Positions 50,511 to 64,000 of a DNA stretch of 64,000 nucleotides are shown here, one piece after another. How positions within the stretch are numbered: position 1 is the first letter of the stretch; each line of letters begins with the position of its first letter. The notes under the pieces were generated by a model, which saw nothing but the letters and a program-made list of their open reading frames with translations, made no database searches and had not been told where the DNA came from. The position numbers and the translations under genes were made by a program. Source of the DNA: Eledone cirrhosa (taxonomy: Eukaryota); NCBI GenBank assembly GCA_964016885.1, contig OZ024746.1:60450001-60514000 (forward strand). The letters are read 5' to 3'.

Positions 50511-52709
50511 GAGGTTAGATATAAACACATGGAACTAACTTCTGAAGACTTCAGAAATTCAGTTACATTAATTCGATATAAATTATTTTGTTTTCAAAAA
50601 TGGTATTTTTATATTTATTTATTATAATATATTTATTTATGAAAACATTGACTAGTAAAAATGTTTTTAAATATAGAGAAGAGGCGTGAGTAGGATAGGA
50701 TAGCTCTGCAGTAACATTTAGTTAACATGTGGCTAATGGCGGTAGTATAGAGTTAGTTTTTATTGATATTAGATCTCGTTTGATTAAAATGAAAATATCT
50801 TGTCCGATTTACCAAATTTATTGCGTAGAATATATATATATATATATATATACACACGTTGGGGCTCCCTCGTTGATTTGTGTGTTTATAGATAAACGAT
50901 CGGAGCATCCGAAACGACATCTATTGTCAATCGATACTCATGTACTATTAGTCTAGAACTATTCACAAATGCTATATTTTGTCAATCCAATAAACTATAT
51001 ATATATATAATTTATCATTTATTTCCTGTAACAAACGTCCTTTTTGAAATGATTCATAATCTATTTCTGTTTGTATAGTCTGTTGACTGACCGTAACTTT
51101 CCTGTTAAAATGTATGTTTAACGTTTAGTATAGAAATCATTTTCCGTATCTATCTGACTGAGTCAAAGTACCTAGTTTGTTTTTATTAAGTCTGGCACAG
51201 TCGGACTCTCTCCCCTAACTTCCCTTTTTTGTTTAACCCTTCAGCATTTACATTACTCTATATATACTCTTGTTTTTTCTTCGGAAAGGCTTTATCTCAT
51301 AATAATAAATCTATGAGATTTTGATATTATTCATTTTGAGAACAATACCGGTTCGAACAGAAAGAGGTGAGAGAATTCTGACCGGATACGGCCAGTTTAA
51401 ATGCTAAAGAGTTAAGCGGTTGAAATATTAGAATTTCATTTCACAGTGGTAGAGAACCCTTGCTGGCTGGTTACTCCAGGCGTAGATTAATATGGCCCAA
51501 AACTTGATATTTGTGTAAGAAATTAAAATACATAAAACAATACAATAAAATACAGACTTCTGATTTGTATATAATTAGTCTTTATTATCTATGTATTTCA
51601 TATTTTGTTTACTGATTTATTACTGATTGGCAGTATCGGTAGAGGGTCGGACGCCATGCTTTCCAGCATAGTTACGTCCCTTTACGATCTGAGTTCAAAT
51701 CCCGCCGAGGTTGACTTTGCCTTTCATCCTTACGGGGTCGATAGAATAAAGTACCAGTAATGTACTGAGTAATTGCTGGCCTTGTGCTTAAAGTAGAAAC
51801 AATTATTATTTTGAGTTCAAATCCCGCCAAGGTTAACTTTGCCTTTCATCCTTACGGGGTCGATAAAATAAAGTACCAGTAATGCACTGGGATTTCTGGG
51901 CTTGTGCCTAAAGTAGAAACAATTATTATTTTGTATAAGAATGGTTTCTTATTTAGGCACAAGGCCAGCAATTTCGGGGAGGAGAAAGTCGATTAGATCG
52001 ACCCCAGCTCATGAATGGTACTTTATTTTATCGACCCCGTAAGGATGAAAGGCAAAGCTAACCTCGGCGGGATTTGAACTCAGATCATAAAGGGCCGTAA
52101 CTCTATGCTGCAAAGCATGGCGTCCGACCCTCTACCGATACTGCCAATCCGCTGCCTTTATTTTGTATAAGAATGAAAGGCAAAGTTAACCTCAAATCCC
52201 GTCGAGGTTAACTTTGCCTTTCATCCTTACGGGGTGGATAAAATAAAGTTCTAGTAATGTACTGAGTAATTGCTGGCATTGTGCCAAAAGTAGATACAAT
52301 TATTTTGTATAAGAATTCCATGAAGGGGTCAATGGTCTGAAACCTTTGGAATCCACAAAATCCTTTAAACAACATAGGTTGACTTTCAGATGAACAAATA
52401 GCTTCACTGCTATTACTACTGACTACAACAATGGAGCCTCCACGTGTTTGCTCGACCTACTAGACATAGCAGCAAAATCAAGTCCATCATCTTTTTTTTT
52501 TCTTTTTGTGGAAGACACATTGGATAATGTAGTCCTAGATTGGATAATGTAGTCCTGAAGAAGAAGAAAGATGGGGGTGGTTGTGAGTTGATGCCTTTCA
52601 TCATTGGTCTTTCCACTCGATCAGGGCGGACCATGAGCTAAATAACAGTAGTGAATCATCATGCATTAATTAATCATCTTGCATTAATTAATAATTATTA
52701 TATTATTTA

Positions 52710-53587
52710 CTAGCAGTAAAGCCCGGCGTTGCTCGGGGTCGCTCAGTAGCTGTGTTAAAGTTACAATGTTAAGTTTCTTTCTTGGCTTAAAAACTGTAGT
52801 GTCTACTGTGCAGACTTGCATGTGGTGTTTTTGATTAATATTCCCTCAACCAACAATATGCCTTATGAAGTTAAGAAAACATAACGATAACCCGAATGTT
52901 ATAACAAAAGAGGATGCTGGGGATAGAAACTGCACTGGTTATTTATTAACAAAGATCGAAAATGTAAACACTGCAACGCAGAGAAAAACATTAGCGTAAC
53001 CAAATTATCAGTTATGTCTGTCTGCACGCCTATATCACCTCTCTGCACGACTATCTGTCTGCACGCCTATATCACCTCTCTGCACGACTATCTGTCTGCA
53101 CGCGTATATCACCTCTCTGCACGACTATCTGTCTGCACGACTGTCTGTCTGCACGCCTAACGACGAAATATTTGCTTGTTTTACGTAGTCTTTAAATAGA
53201 CTTGTTTTCAAGTAAAAATATTGTTTTAAAATGCTTTTAAATGGAAATGAAGCAAAACGGAAGCTTAGTGTTCGAACTGATGAATTTTGCAGGTCAATAT
53301 TTTGCTGGCTCGACAACTGTTAAAGCCAGCGTAATTTTTTACGTAAGACGCTGAATGTAAACAGAACAAAGGGAAATAACTGATAACTTACGCTCAAAAA
53401 TCGATACATTATATTCGATTTCGTCACATAGGGTGGGTCAATTTGAAATATTTTTTTTTCCGATGTCTTCGCTAGGGCTCAATGTACAAGTATAGCAATT
53501 TCGGTGCAATTCCGTGAGAGATTCTAAGAGGAGATGTGTGCCAAAAATCGATAGACAGACAGACAACCACAGTTTTATATATATAGA
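52710..53587 (-). mobile_element. Non-autonomous Helitron with internal 37-bp tandem repeat (~53015-53160)
   Basis: Minus strand 5'-TCTATATATATAAAA; 3' hairpin cccgagcaacgccggg then CTAG; A|T site. Confidence 0.75.
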
Positions 53588-55204
53588 TTACACATTAATA
53601 AATAAATTATAGCTGGTCTTACGCCAATTTTAGAAAATAATTATTATCAATAGAACGCCATGTAAAATATGCTTAGCAGTTTATTTGTTCCGGCTTTTTA
53701 CGATCTGAGATCAAATCTCGCCGAGGTCAACTTTGATTTTCGTCATTCTGAGGTTGATAAAATAAAGTACTGGGGTCGAGTAAACTTGCCGAATACGTGC
53801 GCCAGAAAACGTTCTTGCCCTCATTACTTTTATCATGAAGTGTGAAAGATAAATGTAGGCTATAGACCGATATTTCTCAATTATCCATTCTTGTCCCATG
53901 TCCCCATTTCAATTTAAAAAAAAAAAGAAGAAACGTGCGCCTCACCATCGTATATAAGCTCCATTCTGAAGTCAATAATTAATATTCTATTGCAGTGTTT
54001 CTCAAGAAACACTGCAATAGAATATTAATTATTGATTTATAATCATTATAGAGTATTAATTATTGACTCTATTATTGATTACAGTGTTTATAATCTCTAT
54101 AGAGTATATTTTCTTACTAAAATTATAAAATGATAAATTCTGGATATTTACCAATATATCTAATTATAATACACAATGACCATACAATAGAATTGTTGAA
54201 AATATGCGTATTGTTGTTATCCCATGGAATATGTGATACATGATTCGGAGAAAATGGCTGGTAGACATTGATGATACCACCAAAAAGATTGTTGCAAAAC
54301 AATATCAATCAGAAAGAATATATTTTTTTGAGAACAGCAAATAGAAATTGAGTGAAATATTGAGATATTTGACCTTTTATAATAAAAGTAATGCAGAGGT
54401 CAAGTACACTTAATTACGTCTATATTCGGCAAGGTTGTTCCAGAATAGATATATTCAACGTACTGAGTTTGTCTTAGAGAACAATTAAAAATAAATAGTG
54501 ACGATTTCTAATTCAACACAATACCACATCCAGTTTTATGGGCACTGAAAAAGGAAAAACAGGATTTGAACTGAGAGTGCAGAGAGCCAGAATAAATATC
54601 CAACGTTCTGAGTTCAAATCCCGCCGAGGTTAACTTTGCCTTTCATCCTTACAGGCTCGATAAAATAAAGTACCAGTAATGTACTGGGTGTTTGCTGGCT
54701 TTGTGCCAAAAGTAGAAACAGTTATATATATATATATATAATTAAAACAACAGAAGCCAGACTGGGAATATTAAAGTTATAATGTTGCAAAAAACTATAT
54801 ATATTTCAGTTCTACCTATTTGTGAACCACACAACATAAATGTGTATATTTATATTATTTACATGTATGTGTGTGTGCGTGAGCAGTAATTTGATTCTCT
54901 CATCAATCAAGTTTCTTTCACACAATCAAGTGGTCACTCTTAAAATGACTTTTGGTGGCCTCATTGATAAGTTTCCATTGTGAATCTGTTTACAGTCACC
55001 AATACATCTCAGATTTTGAAATAGTAAATGGCCATCTGATTAATCTTGTGTTCCAGAAACAGAATGAGCTATAGTGATATGGTGGTAAAAAGCCGGCTCC
55101 CAGAGTCAAAGAGCTCAGATGTAGAGTTGATTCCGAGCAGTTAATATATAGTCCAGTTTCTCACACAGACACCTTTGGGTCTCTCTCTCTCTCTCTCTCT
55201 CTTG

Positions 55205-55600
55205 AGCAGAAAGGTTGTCGCCATGGGTCTTACAAAGACCAAATTCTCACCGATGTGTTGTAGATACAGAACTTCATCTTCTGGGAAATAGAGCAGTGGC
55301 ACCAAAGAATGCATCTGCAGTTGAACTCTAGGGTCAGGTCTCCATTGTTGCTGACTGTCAAGCTAAGAAACTCCACGTTACCAGGGCCAACATGAAGCAG
55401 GGAAGGATCCAGGTCATCACCAACATGCACCAGCTTGGTCTTTGCCCAGCTCACCTGAAGGCCAAGCTCTGACGATTTCTCCCTGTATATAGTCAGTGCG
55501 TCTCTGAACTGATTGATCGAATTGTCGTTTACGTACTCCAGGTCAGTAAGGTGGTAGTTCTCAAATCTAATGCCAGAAACTTGCTCACCAGATAGTTGAT
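55205..55600 (-). mobile_element. Degenerate RTE-like RT fragment
   Basis: LTDLEYVND, ELGLQVSWAKTKL, KMKFCIYNTSV. Confidence 0.6.
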
Positions 55601-55944
55601 GACACTGCAGCCGTATCTGACCCCAGTTTTGAGTTGTTCCTGTTCACCCACACGCAACTTTTGGCACTGCTATAGAGTCATCGGAACAGGGTGGTAAGTT
55701 TGGGAGGCATGCCAATGAGCTTTGAGAGGGATGTATAGTTGACTGTGTTGAGCCTTGAGGTCAACGGAGATCTTTCAAGAATGAGATGAAGAGCAGAAAT
55801 GTGGTTGGCAGAAGATCGATATGTGTTTGTGCATGTATTATATATAGTGACCCCAAAAGTGTACACACTTCAACAGCATTCTAATAAATATTGCCTGTAC
55901 AGGTAATCAGTATGCATACATTTTTGGGGGACACCCTGTATATA

Positions 55945-56285
55945 GGTTGCACAATGAAAACAAGAGACAAGGTTTAGTGTTCAATTAATTCCTTGTTTTA
56001 TATTTTCAAAAGGTTAAGTGAAGCATATTAATATATTGACTAATCTATAGCAATTATGTAACTTTATATTAGTTTCTATTAAAAAAAAAAAATCCATCTC
56101 ACAGTCATCATTGGATCTATAATGATTTCTTTATTTTAATGAGACTAATAATATAGTTATATAACTGCTATCAAATGAACCATAATAATGTATATTATCA
56201 TGGTTCATTCAACCTTTTGAAACAATTGTAAAACAATGAACTAATTAAGCACTAAACCTTGCCTTCTGTTTTCACTGTTCAGTTT
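55945..56285. mobile_element. Fold-back MITE with long imperfect inverted arms
   Basis: tgaaaacaagagacaaggtttagtg...ttcaaaaggtt vs aaccttttgaa...cactaaaccttgccttctgttttca. Confidence 0.6.
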
Positions 56286-59200
56286 GTATGACTGTAGTTC
56301 TTTTGAATACACAACAAAATCTAATATAATGCCATTCTTACAAAAAACAACTTTTTTTCACCTTATTTAGTATTAATAGCAATATTGGTCCTACCGGAAA
56401 TAGGTAAATACTTGTATATACATCATTTAATGTCCATTTTTCCATTTTGGCATGGGTTAGACAGGTTGTCACAGATCAAGTTAACGATCCTCCATCAATG
56501 GGTCTCAAGCCCACATCTCCCTTACCGTCTTTTCTATGACTGGATGCCTTTCCTATACCCTTTTTTTCTTTTACTTTTATATTTCCATCAATATTTGTAA
56601 TTTTATTTATACCACTGTGAATTCATTTATTTTAGAATATAAACTAAATGTCTTCTAATCTATGAATAATTTCAAGCACAAGGCATTAAACTATAACAGA
56701 AATAGTGAAGCTGCTCAAATTTAAAGTAATGTAAATCGAAAATAAAGAATCTGAGTAATGTCCTATGTAAACATCGCATCCTACCCAAAAAGCCCTATTC
56801 AATCCATTCCATTCACAGACTGAGGAAAACTGGTGAGAACTGATCGCGGAGTACCTAATAGATGAGATGATGTAGGAACACTAATGAAGGCAGACTGTAC
56901 TGGAAAAGGACCATCCAACATCCATGTAAAAGTGAATGTAAACTAATCGTCCCTACACACACATTTATTTTTTATTTTTTTTTTTACCTTCCATGGACTA
57001 TCTTTTATTTTCTGTATCTATGCTTTGTGATTCTGTTGCTATTTTTGTACTCCTGAAGAAGGGCTAAAGCCCAACACGTCAAATTTTCTTTCCCCTTTTC
57101 CATATAAAGACTTTTTGTACCTCAGTTTGTTGTTTCCTTGAACTATATATATATATATAAGGATTAGCTATAGGCAAGTTATAATCAATTAGTTGACAAT
57201 TTAAGACCTTAAACAAAATTTTATTTTGAAGAACCAAACAATCCAAATTATAACAATAGCAAGGAGAGAAATAATGTAACAATCTATTAGTTGTAACCCA
57301 GTAGGCAATCGCTGAGTCTTGGTTAATTGACAAGTTTTATCAACAAATCTTACATCCCTCCTCTATGTCCATACCTAATAGGAGAAATTCTACTTTAGCA
57401 TTTACATTACTCTATATTTACTATTGTATTTTCATGGTAAAAGTATTATCTTACATATTTATCTCAGATAATATCTAATCTATGAGATTTTGATATCTAT
57501 TTTGAGAACAATACATTAACACCAGTATGAGTGGCCAGTTACAGCCAATTCAAACAGAAAGGGGTGAAAGAATTCAGGCTGTATCCGGCCGGTTTAAATG
57601 ATAATCATTTGGAAGAGCTTAAGCGCATGAATTTACAGAGGAGTTAGTTAATTACCACATTTGATACTAATTAGCATGTAACCACCCCTGACTTTGAAGT
57701 GTTTATATCGAAATTAAAACTCAACATTATTTTATTTAAGAGCCTTTATTAAGTTATGTTCCAAACATCAGCTTAATAATTTCTAATTATTAATTTTACA
57801 AAGCCAGAATTTGTGGGTTAGTGGAAGCTGATTATATTGACCCTTTAGTTGACCTCAGATTATAGGATGTGAAGCTAATGCCTCAAAGCATTTTGTCGAA
57901 TGCTCTTACAATTTTGTCAATCCACTGATTTCAAACCAGATAAATAATGGTTTCTGATTTAGGCACATGGCCAACAATTTTTTGGGATGGGAAAGTCGAT
58001 TAAATTGACCCTGCAAGGATGAAAGGAATAGCTAGCCTGAGTGGGATTTAAAATGACAACATAAAGGACCATAACTGAGCATGGTGTCCAATGCTTTACT
58101 GATACTGCCAATCCACAGCCCTTATACCAGCTTAATAATGGAAAAGATTCCTTAAATTCTTGATTTATTTTCAAAAATAATTAAAAGATAGCAGTGTATT
58201 TCATTAGAAATATGTTAATAAAAGGCTTAAACTAATTTCAATACTTTTATTAACTGTGGAAGAATGAAAGGCAAAGATGACCTCGCCAGAATTTGAACTA
58301 AAAACATAAAAAGGTGAACAAATGAAAAACAATTTGTTCAACACTGATTCTTCCAATGCTTCATCACTCTTTTACTAATGTTTCTAACAAGCACAAAGCC
58401 AGAAATTTGGTGGAAGGAACTCAGTCAATTTTATAGACTACTAGTTCTTTGTTTCAACCCAAGAGGGATAAAAGGCAAAGAGCAAAAAAAAAAAATCAAT
58501 ATATAGGTAGGTATTTTGTCAACCAAATACTAACAATTCTGTTCCCATCTAATAATTAGTTTCTAATTTTAGGCACAATGCAAGACATTTGGAGTGAAGG
58601 AAAAATCAATTTAACTCTTTACCATTTACATTAGTTATTACTATTGTATTTTCACAGTAAACACTTCATCTCACATATAGAATCTATGAGATGTTATTTT
58701 GAGAAAAATACCTTGGCTAGTTACGGGAAGTTTGAACAGAAAGAGGTGAGAATTCTAGCCAGATACAGTCGGTTTAAATGCTAAAGGGTTAATCAACCCA
58801 GTATTCGACTGGTACCTATTTTATTAATCTATTTATTGAACTACTAAATTACGGGCCACACGTGAAAACATTAAATGATAGGTTTCCAGTTTCCGTCAGC
58901 CAATGCCTTAGAGAAATTTGGTTAACTCAATGCTTGCTATAAAAGGCACCAATCAGCGAAACAGAACCTGAAACTGTGTGGTTGTGAAACAAACTCCTTA
59001 ACCATACCTATACACAGAATCAAGTAGCTTGTATAATAAATTCTGACTTATTCAAGCAAGCAGTTAACTTTTTTTGAAGCTAAAATTGAAATTCATAGTT
59101 CTATGATAGAAAACATTTATCTTAAGGGTGCAAATGACTAACGTTCTAGAGAAATACTTTTACATACATAAATCCATGCTTCAACATCTCCAGGTTTACC

Positions 59201-60933
59201 TTGGTCTTCCTCTATTGCAGTTTCCTTCCATTTGGAACTTCTGGCATCATATCCATAATAGTGCAATCTTCTCTCTTGCACACTATGGTTCCTCTTATGC
59301 CTAGCTTTTCCTTTAATTTATGCTCAATGTTCGTGCACACTAACATTACACATCCAGCGATGCATGCTAGCATCAAGTACCACCCTGTTCACTGTACATA
59401 TTTGTTTGGTCGAGGCCAATAAATTGAAATATACAAGGGGTCAAATCACATCAACTACCATACATACTCATATAGATGTTGCAGCTTTTTTGTTTATATT
59501 TTGGCGTCATTAATATTTTAATCCCAGTGTAAGGTTTGGTAGGCACGCTGTGCCTTATTTTTCAGTAAAGACTGCAACTCATCTATGAGTGTATACGGCA
59601 TATCTATCGATTTAATCAACTAACCCCTTCCCCATTTCTTCTCATTAGGTTGCCTCAAATGAACAGAATATATATTGCAAGATATAAAGCAAACCCACTA
59701 GTGCAGCTGCCATAAAATCCACTTTGTAAAATGGTTGGTGTTAGAAAGAACTGTAGAAAGCATGGTAAAACTGGAAGATACAAATGAAACCTGCTCCCAT
59801 GACCCACCTAGGAGGGCAGTAGATAAATTACATGTGACTTCCCTCACCCTACCTTTTTTAGTAAAACAAAAACCTGCGACATATTTATGAGCAGGAGTTG
59901 TGTTGGAGGGAATGAATTTCAGTGTTTAACACAAAATCCAATAAGCAAACAAGGTGGATTTGGCAAAGGCAAAAGTAGTCAAATATTTTCAGCTTATGGA
60001 AGTTTAGCACTCTTGTTGGCCTCTCTTTGCAGTCATTTTAGAGGATGGTACAAACAATGCTCAGAAGATGGTACAAACAGTGCTCAGAAGATGGGAGTGT
60101 TGACCAAAACCAGAGCTGGCTTTAAAAACAGAATGCAATGTGCAGACATTTATCTCATCTATGTAGCAGTAATATTTTAACCCCGAGTCAACTCATATTC
60201 ACCAGACAATCCAACCATGACAATCCCGTCTTAAGGGTTACCTTCGAGAATATATGATTTGAGGGGGACAAGGTTAGATTAGACAGGCAGGCAGGAAGGC
60301 CGAGCAAGTAAGTCTTCAGGTTTAAGTTTTATTTCGGAGGACATACAGAGACAGATTATACAGTAGAGACAGTCAGTCAGAACTTTGGTCAAGTCCTAGA
60401 CATGGGCAGCAAATGGTTACTTTGCAGGCATTATTAGATCCATGACAAAATGATCAATAGAAAAAAATTTTTTTAAGAAAATAAAACAAATACACGAATA
60501 AGTTTGGATTGCATATGATAGGAATACTAAGATTTTCTCCCCAACTACTGCTCTCAGCCTCAACTCAAAAGGGTTAAATTTAAAAAATAAAACAAAAGCT
60601 GTTGGTACATTAAATATACCCATATAAATATATATATTATACATATATATTTATATGTACATACATACATATACATACATTTATTATTTGCAAGACAAAT
60701 ATCTTGGTACTAAAGAAATTATTGTATTTTGTTTTAATATAAAATTGGCTAATGTTGAGGTGAAGAAGCAGGTAGCGAAAACTTTCTTGGATATTAAATT
60801 CCTCCACTAACGACCGCAATTCTCTAAGCAATAAAGAGATATGGGAGCAGGAGAAGCAGTTGATTATGACTTGAGTGAACGGTTGGAAGAAATTCGGGAC
60901 AGGAAGAGCTGCTTCCTTCTTTCACACACAAAC

Positions 60934-60964
<31 letters not shown>

Positions 60965-62747
60965 ACATCCTCCCAGGATAAGTTACCTAAATTTAAGACA
61001 AACATCAAAAGTAAAACTCAGTTTTTGGGTTCCTTTTTTTTAGTTTGGTGGTTTCCCCCCTCCGTATATAAAGCTCACACTGTCAAACCAACATAGAGTG
61101 ACAACGTACAAATAAGATCTCATCGCTAAGCAGTTTGTTTCCACCACTACAGAGTTAGTGTATCCAAATGTTGAGAAGAGAAAAGAAATCCAAAACCCAG
61201 TCAAGACCAAAAAGAATTAAATAAATTAAAAAAATGCATCACATTTTTAACAAACCTATTATTGAGTGGAATAGGGGCTAGGGTATTAGATAGGGGATAG
61301 GGAGAGGTGTTTAAGGGGATTCCAACATGCACAATCTTCCTGAAGTTATCAGTGGCAATTCATAGGCTAGTGTCAAGAAACAGATCAAGTTATTATCAAT
61401 ATTAATAAGCTTAAGAAGCAAAACAATTAAGGGCCGGGTGGGTTAAGTTTGAATAATGGCACCAGCTCTACATTTTGGTGCTCTGTGCTAAGACAGACAC
61501 ACTGACATACACAGAAATACTGACAAGACCAGAGTTAGAGTATGAAACACACAAGAAACCAGAAAGAGAAGGTATGCAGTAGACAGGTTTTTAGTATCAT
61601 AAAATAGTAAAACCGAGTATTTTCTGGCTTGGAGAAGGAATCTTAAGATACTGACCTAAAGGTCATTTAATAATCAGCCTTCGCTTGTGCTCAAGTAGCT
61701 AATAGAACCCTATTGGGTTGTGCCTACATATAAATTAAACATTTACTGACGGGGTGACTTATTACATGTAGGAAAGTTATATTTATTATATGTCATATGT
61801 ATCTTGGTTGTCTTATTATTTGCAAGCCAACAGCTAATTTATTCAGTCTGGATAATTTGTGCTTGGCTCTGCAAAATACATATAACATACAGTAAATATG
61901 TGTGGTGTGTGTGTGTGTGTATATACGTGAGTGTTTGATTGTGTGTAAAGACCTAGATTCATTAAGTGTCTAAATGAGAAAAAAGCTTATCATGAGATCG
62001 GACTAAGAAAAGAATGTTTCCATTGCTGATACTATTTGTTGATTGCAACTTCTAGCAGAAAGACCAACGTGAAATAAAGTATTTTATTCAACAGTAAATG
62101 CCGCCCAGTCCAGGAATCGAAACCACAATCTTATGATCGTGAGCCAAACACTAACCACTAGGCTGCATGCCTAAAGTAAATAATACTTTAATGTTAAGTA
62201 AAAAGAAAATATAACAATGAATGCCAGACAAAATTACTAAGGCTGGCCACCAAATAAAATTATTATTCAGATAAGTAATAAATACAATTTTAACTAAGTA
62301 AATTTAAAAATTTTTTTACCAGATGAAATATGTAGAGTGGAAATGAAAGGTGAAAAATCATGATAATATTGTCAATGTTTTAATGTAAAAATCAAAAAAG
62401 AATATAATAGATATATCTATCTATATATATATATACACACATACACATATGTATATCTTATAGCTGCGAAGCTATATCAATGACTCAAAGGCCAGGCGTT
62501 TCATGCTTAACATATGCACATTATATATATATATATAATTACAAACACACACACAAATACATACCTACATACACATGGTATGTATAACTAGTATTTGATT
62601 GAGTGAGATAGATAAGCAAGAAGATAGACATCAAACAGACTGAAGATATATAAATGAATAATTGAAGAAATCAGAAAATATATAAATGAAACGTGGCAGT
62701 GGTAGTGATGGTGGAGATGTTGATGGTAAAAACAAAGAAGAGAAGCC

Positions 62748-62820
<73 letters not shown>

Positions 62821-64000
62821 AAAAAGAGAGCAAAGATGGGGAAACTAAAAAAAAAAAAAAAAAGCAAAGAAGTGAAAAAACAACTTTGGAATTAGACAAA
62901 ACGATGTGTAAAAGTATAAAAATTAATTTGTCAGTCAGTCAACCCCATACACAAACATATGTGGGAGGTCCTTACCAACAACAATTTGCTTTGAAAACAC
63001 AGCCTAGCCCTCACGGGGACTTAACCACCACACCAACTGGTCTATCAGAAAAGCAGAATTCAAGCAGCTAGCCAATGAGGAGTACGTGTGTGTGTATGGT
63101 TAATAATTTTAGATGTGCACATGATAGATAAATACCATAAAATGCATCAAATTTTATGCAACACAGTTCATTTCTCTATCATCCAAATTGATTACCATTG
63201 TGATACCATATGCTAACAGGTTTTATTACTCGAAAATTTCTCCCAGTTGCCAATTAGTTATTATAAACTATAATTACCTAGCATGATTTGAAGTACCCTT
63301 GTTCCTCAAAAACCTTCTCATATGCAGTTTACTTTGTAATTCTATGAATTCTATACATCCCAAGTTATTAATCAAATTTGCACAAACACATTATATATAT
63401 AATCAAGCCACCAATGTATACATGTTATTACAAACACTGGAGCTGTATACTTCAATGCTGAGGATGTGAGGTCTAGAGCGAGAAGCATCCATGAGTGCAG
63501 AGCAAAGAGCAGGGTAGGCATACAGGGGTAGGAGGAGGGGAAGGGAGGAAGAATGAAAAATTTTCCAATACTTTAATCTTTTTTGCTTTATTTTAGTTGT
63601 AGGTGTAATTAATAAGTAGCTTTCAAGACTTTTTTTTTTTTTTTTCACTTAAATTTTTTTGACACTGCCACCGGTGACCAAGGGGAGGGCAAGACAAAAT
63701 AATAATAATAATAACAATAATAATAAAAAAATTTCAATGTGAAATTTCTGGCTGATTTTTGAGAACAATTTTTCTATAGAGGAACTATCAGAAACCAAAT
63801 ATCAAAGACTTGTACGTATGTATCAAAGAAAGTTTTCTTTTTTTTTTCAATTTCTCATTCCCTGCTCCCCAATATTCTTTTTTTACCCACATTTAAAATA
63901 GTATTTATAATATATATACACACACACACATATATACATGTATGTGTGCATGTGTATTTTTTTTCACTTTTCTTAACAAATACTAAATGATTATTTTTTT

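Noticed and set aside
50726-50745. YY1-like taatggcgg motif suggesting a divergent gene upstream of LYPLAL1
   Set aside because: Imperfect motif and no supported plus-strand exons found downstream.
59400-64000. Possible long 3' UTR or exons of a neighbouring gene
   Set aside because: Repeat-poor and UTR-like, but no coding exon or splice pattern could be supported.

Overview
AT-rich, intron- and repeat-dense animal genomic DNA. The repeat families and microsatellite load suggest a coleoid cephalopod, probably an octopod (inference). Two spliced genes were reconstructed by hand with phase-consistent GT-AG junctions. On + is the C-terminal ~760 aa of TTI1 (TELO2-interacting protein 1), 18 exons over 127..38677, with its 5' end outside the window. 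On - is a complete 5-exon LYPLAL1 (235 aa, 50510..39755); the two genes converge tail-to-tail. Introns hold an apparently intact RTE-clade LINE with a PHD-type finger, preceded by a 7 x ~510-bp tandem array. They also hold a near-intact CR1-like LINE, a truncated Penelope-like element, mariner and piggyBac-like MITEs, Helitrons, tRNA/Nin-type SINEs and several minisatellites. Best leads: (i) an inverted copy of a TTI1 splice acceptor plus exon half inside an upstream intron (candidate editing- or splicing-complementary element); (ii) a G GGA AAC slippery site joining ORF1 to an ATG-less ORF2 in the CR1-like LINE; (iii) a LINE-tail-derived 48-bp minisatellite offering ~20 in-frame cryptic acceptors for a TTI1 exon; (iv) a canonical minimal hammerhead ribozyme; (v) the 510-bp array at the RTE 5' end and a perfect fold-back around (TA)n. 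Most ORFs in the supplied track are microsatellite or antisense artefacts. All coordinates were read by eye, so repeat boundaries are approximate.
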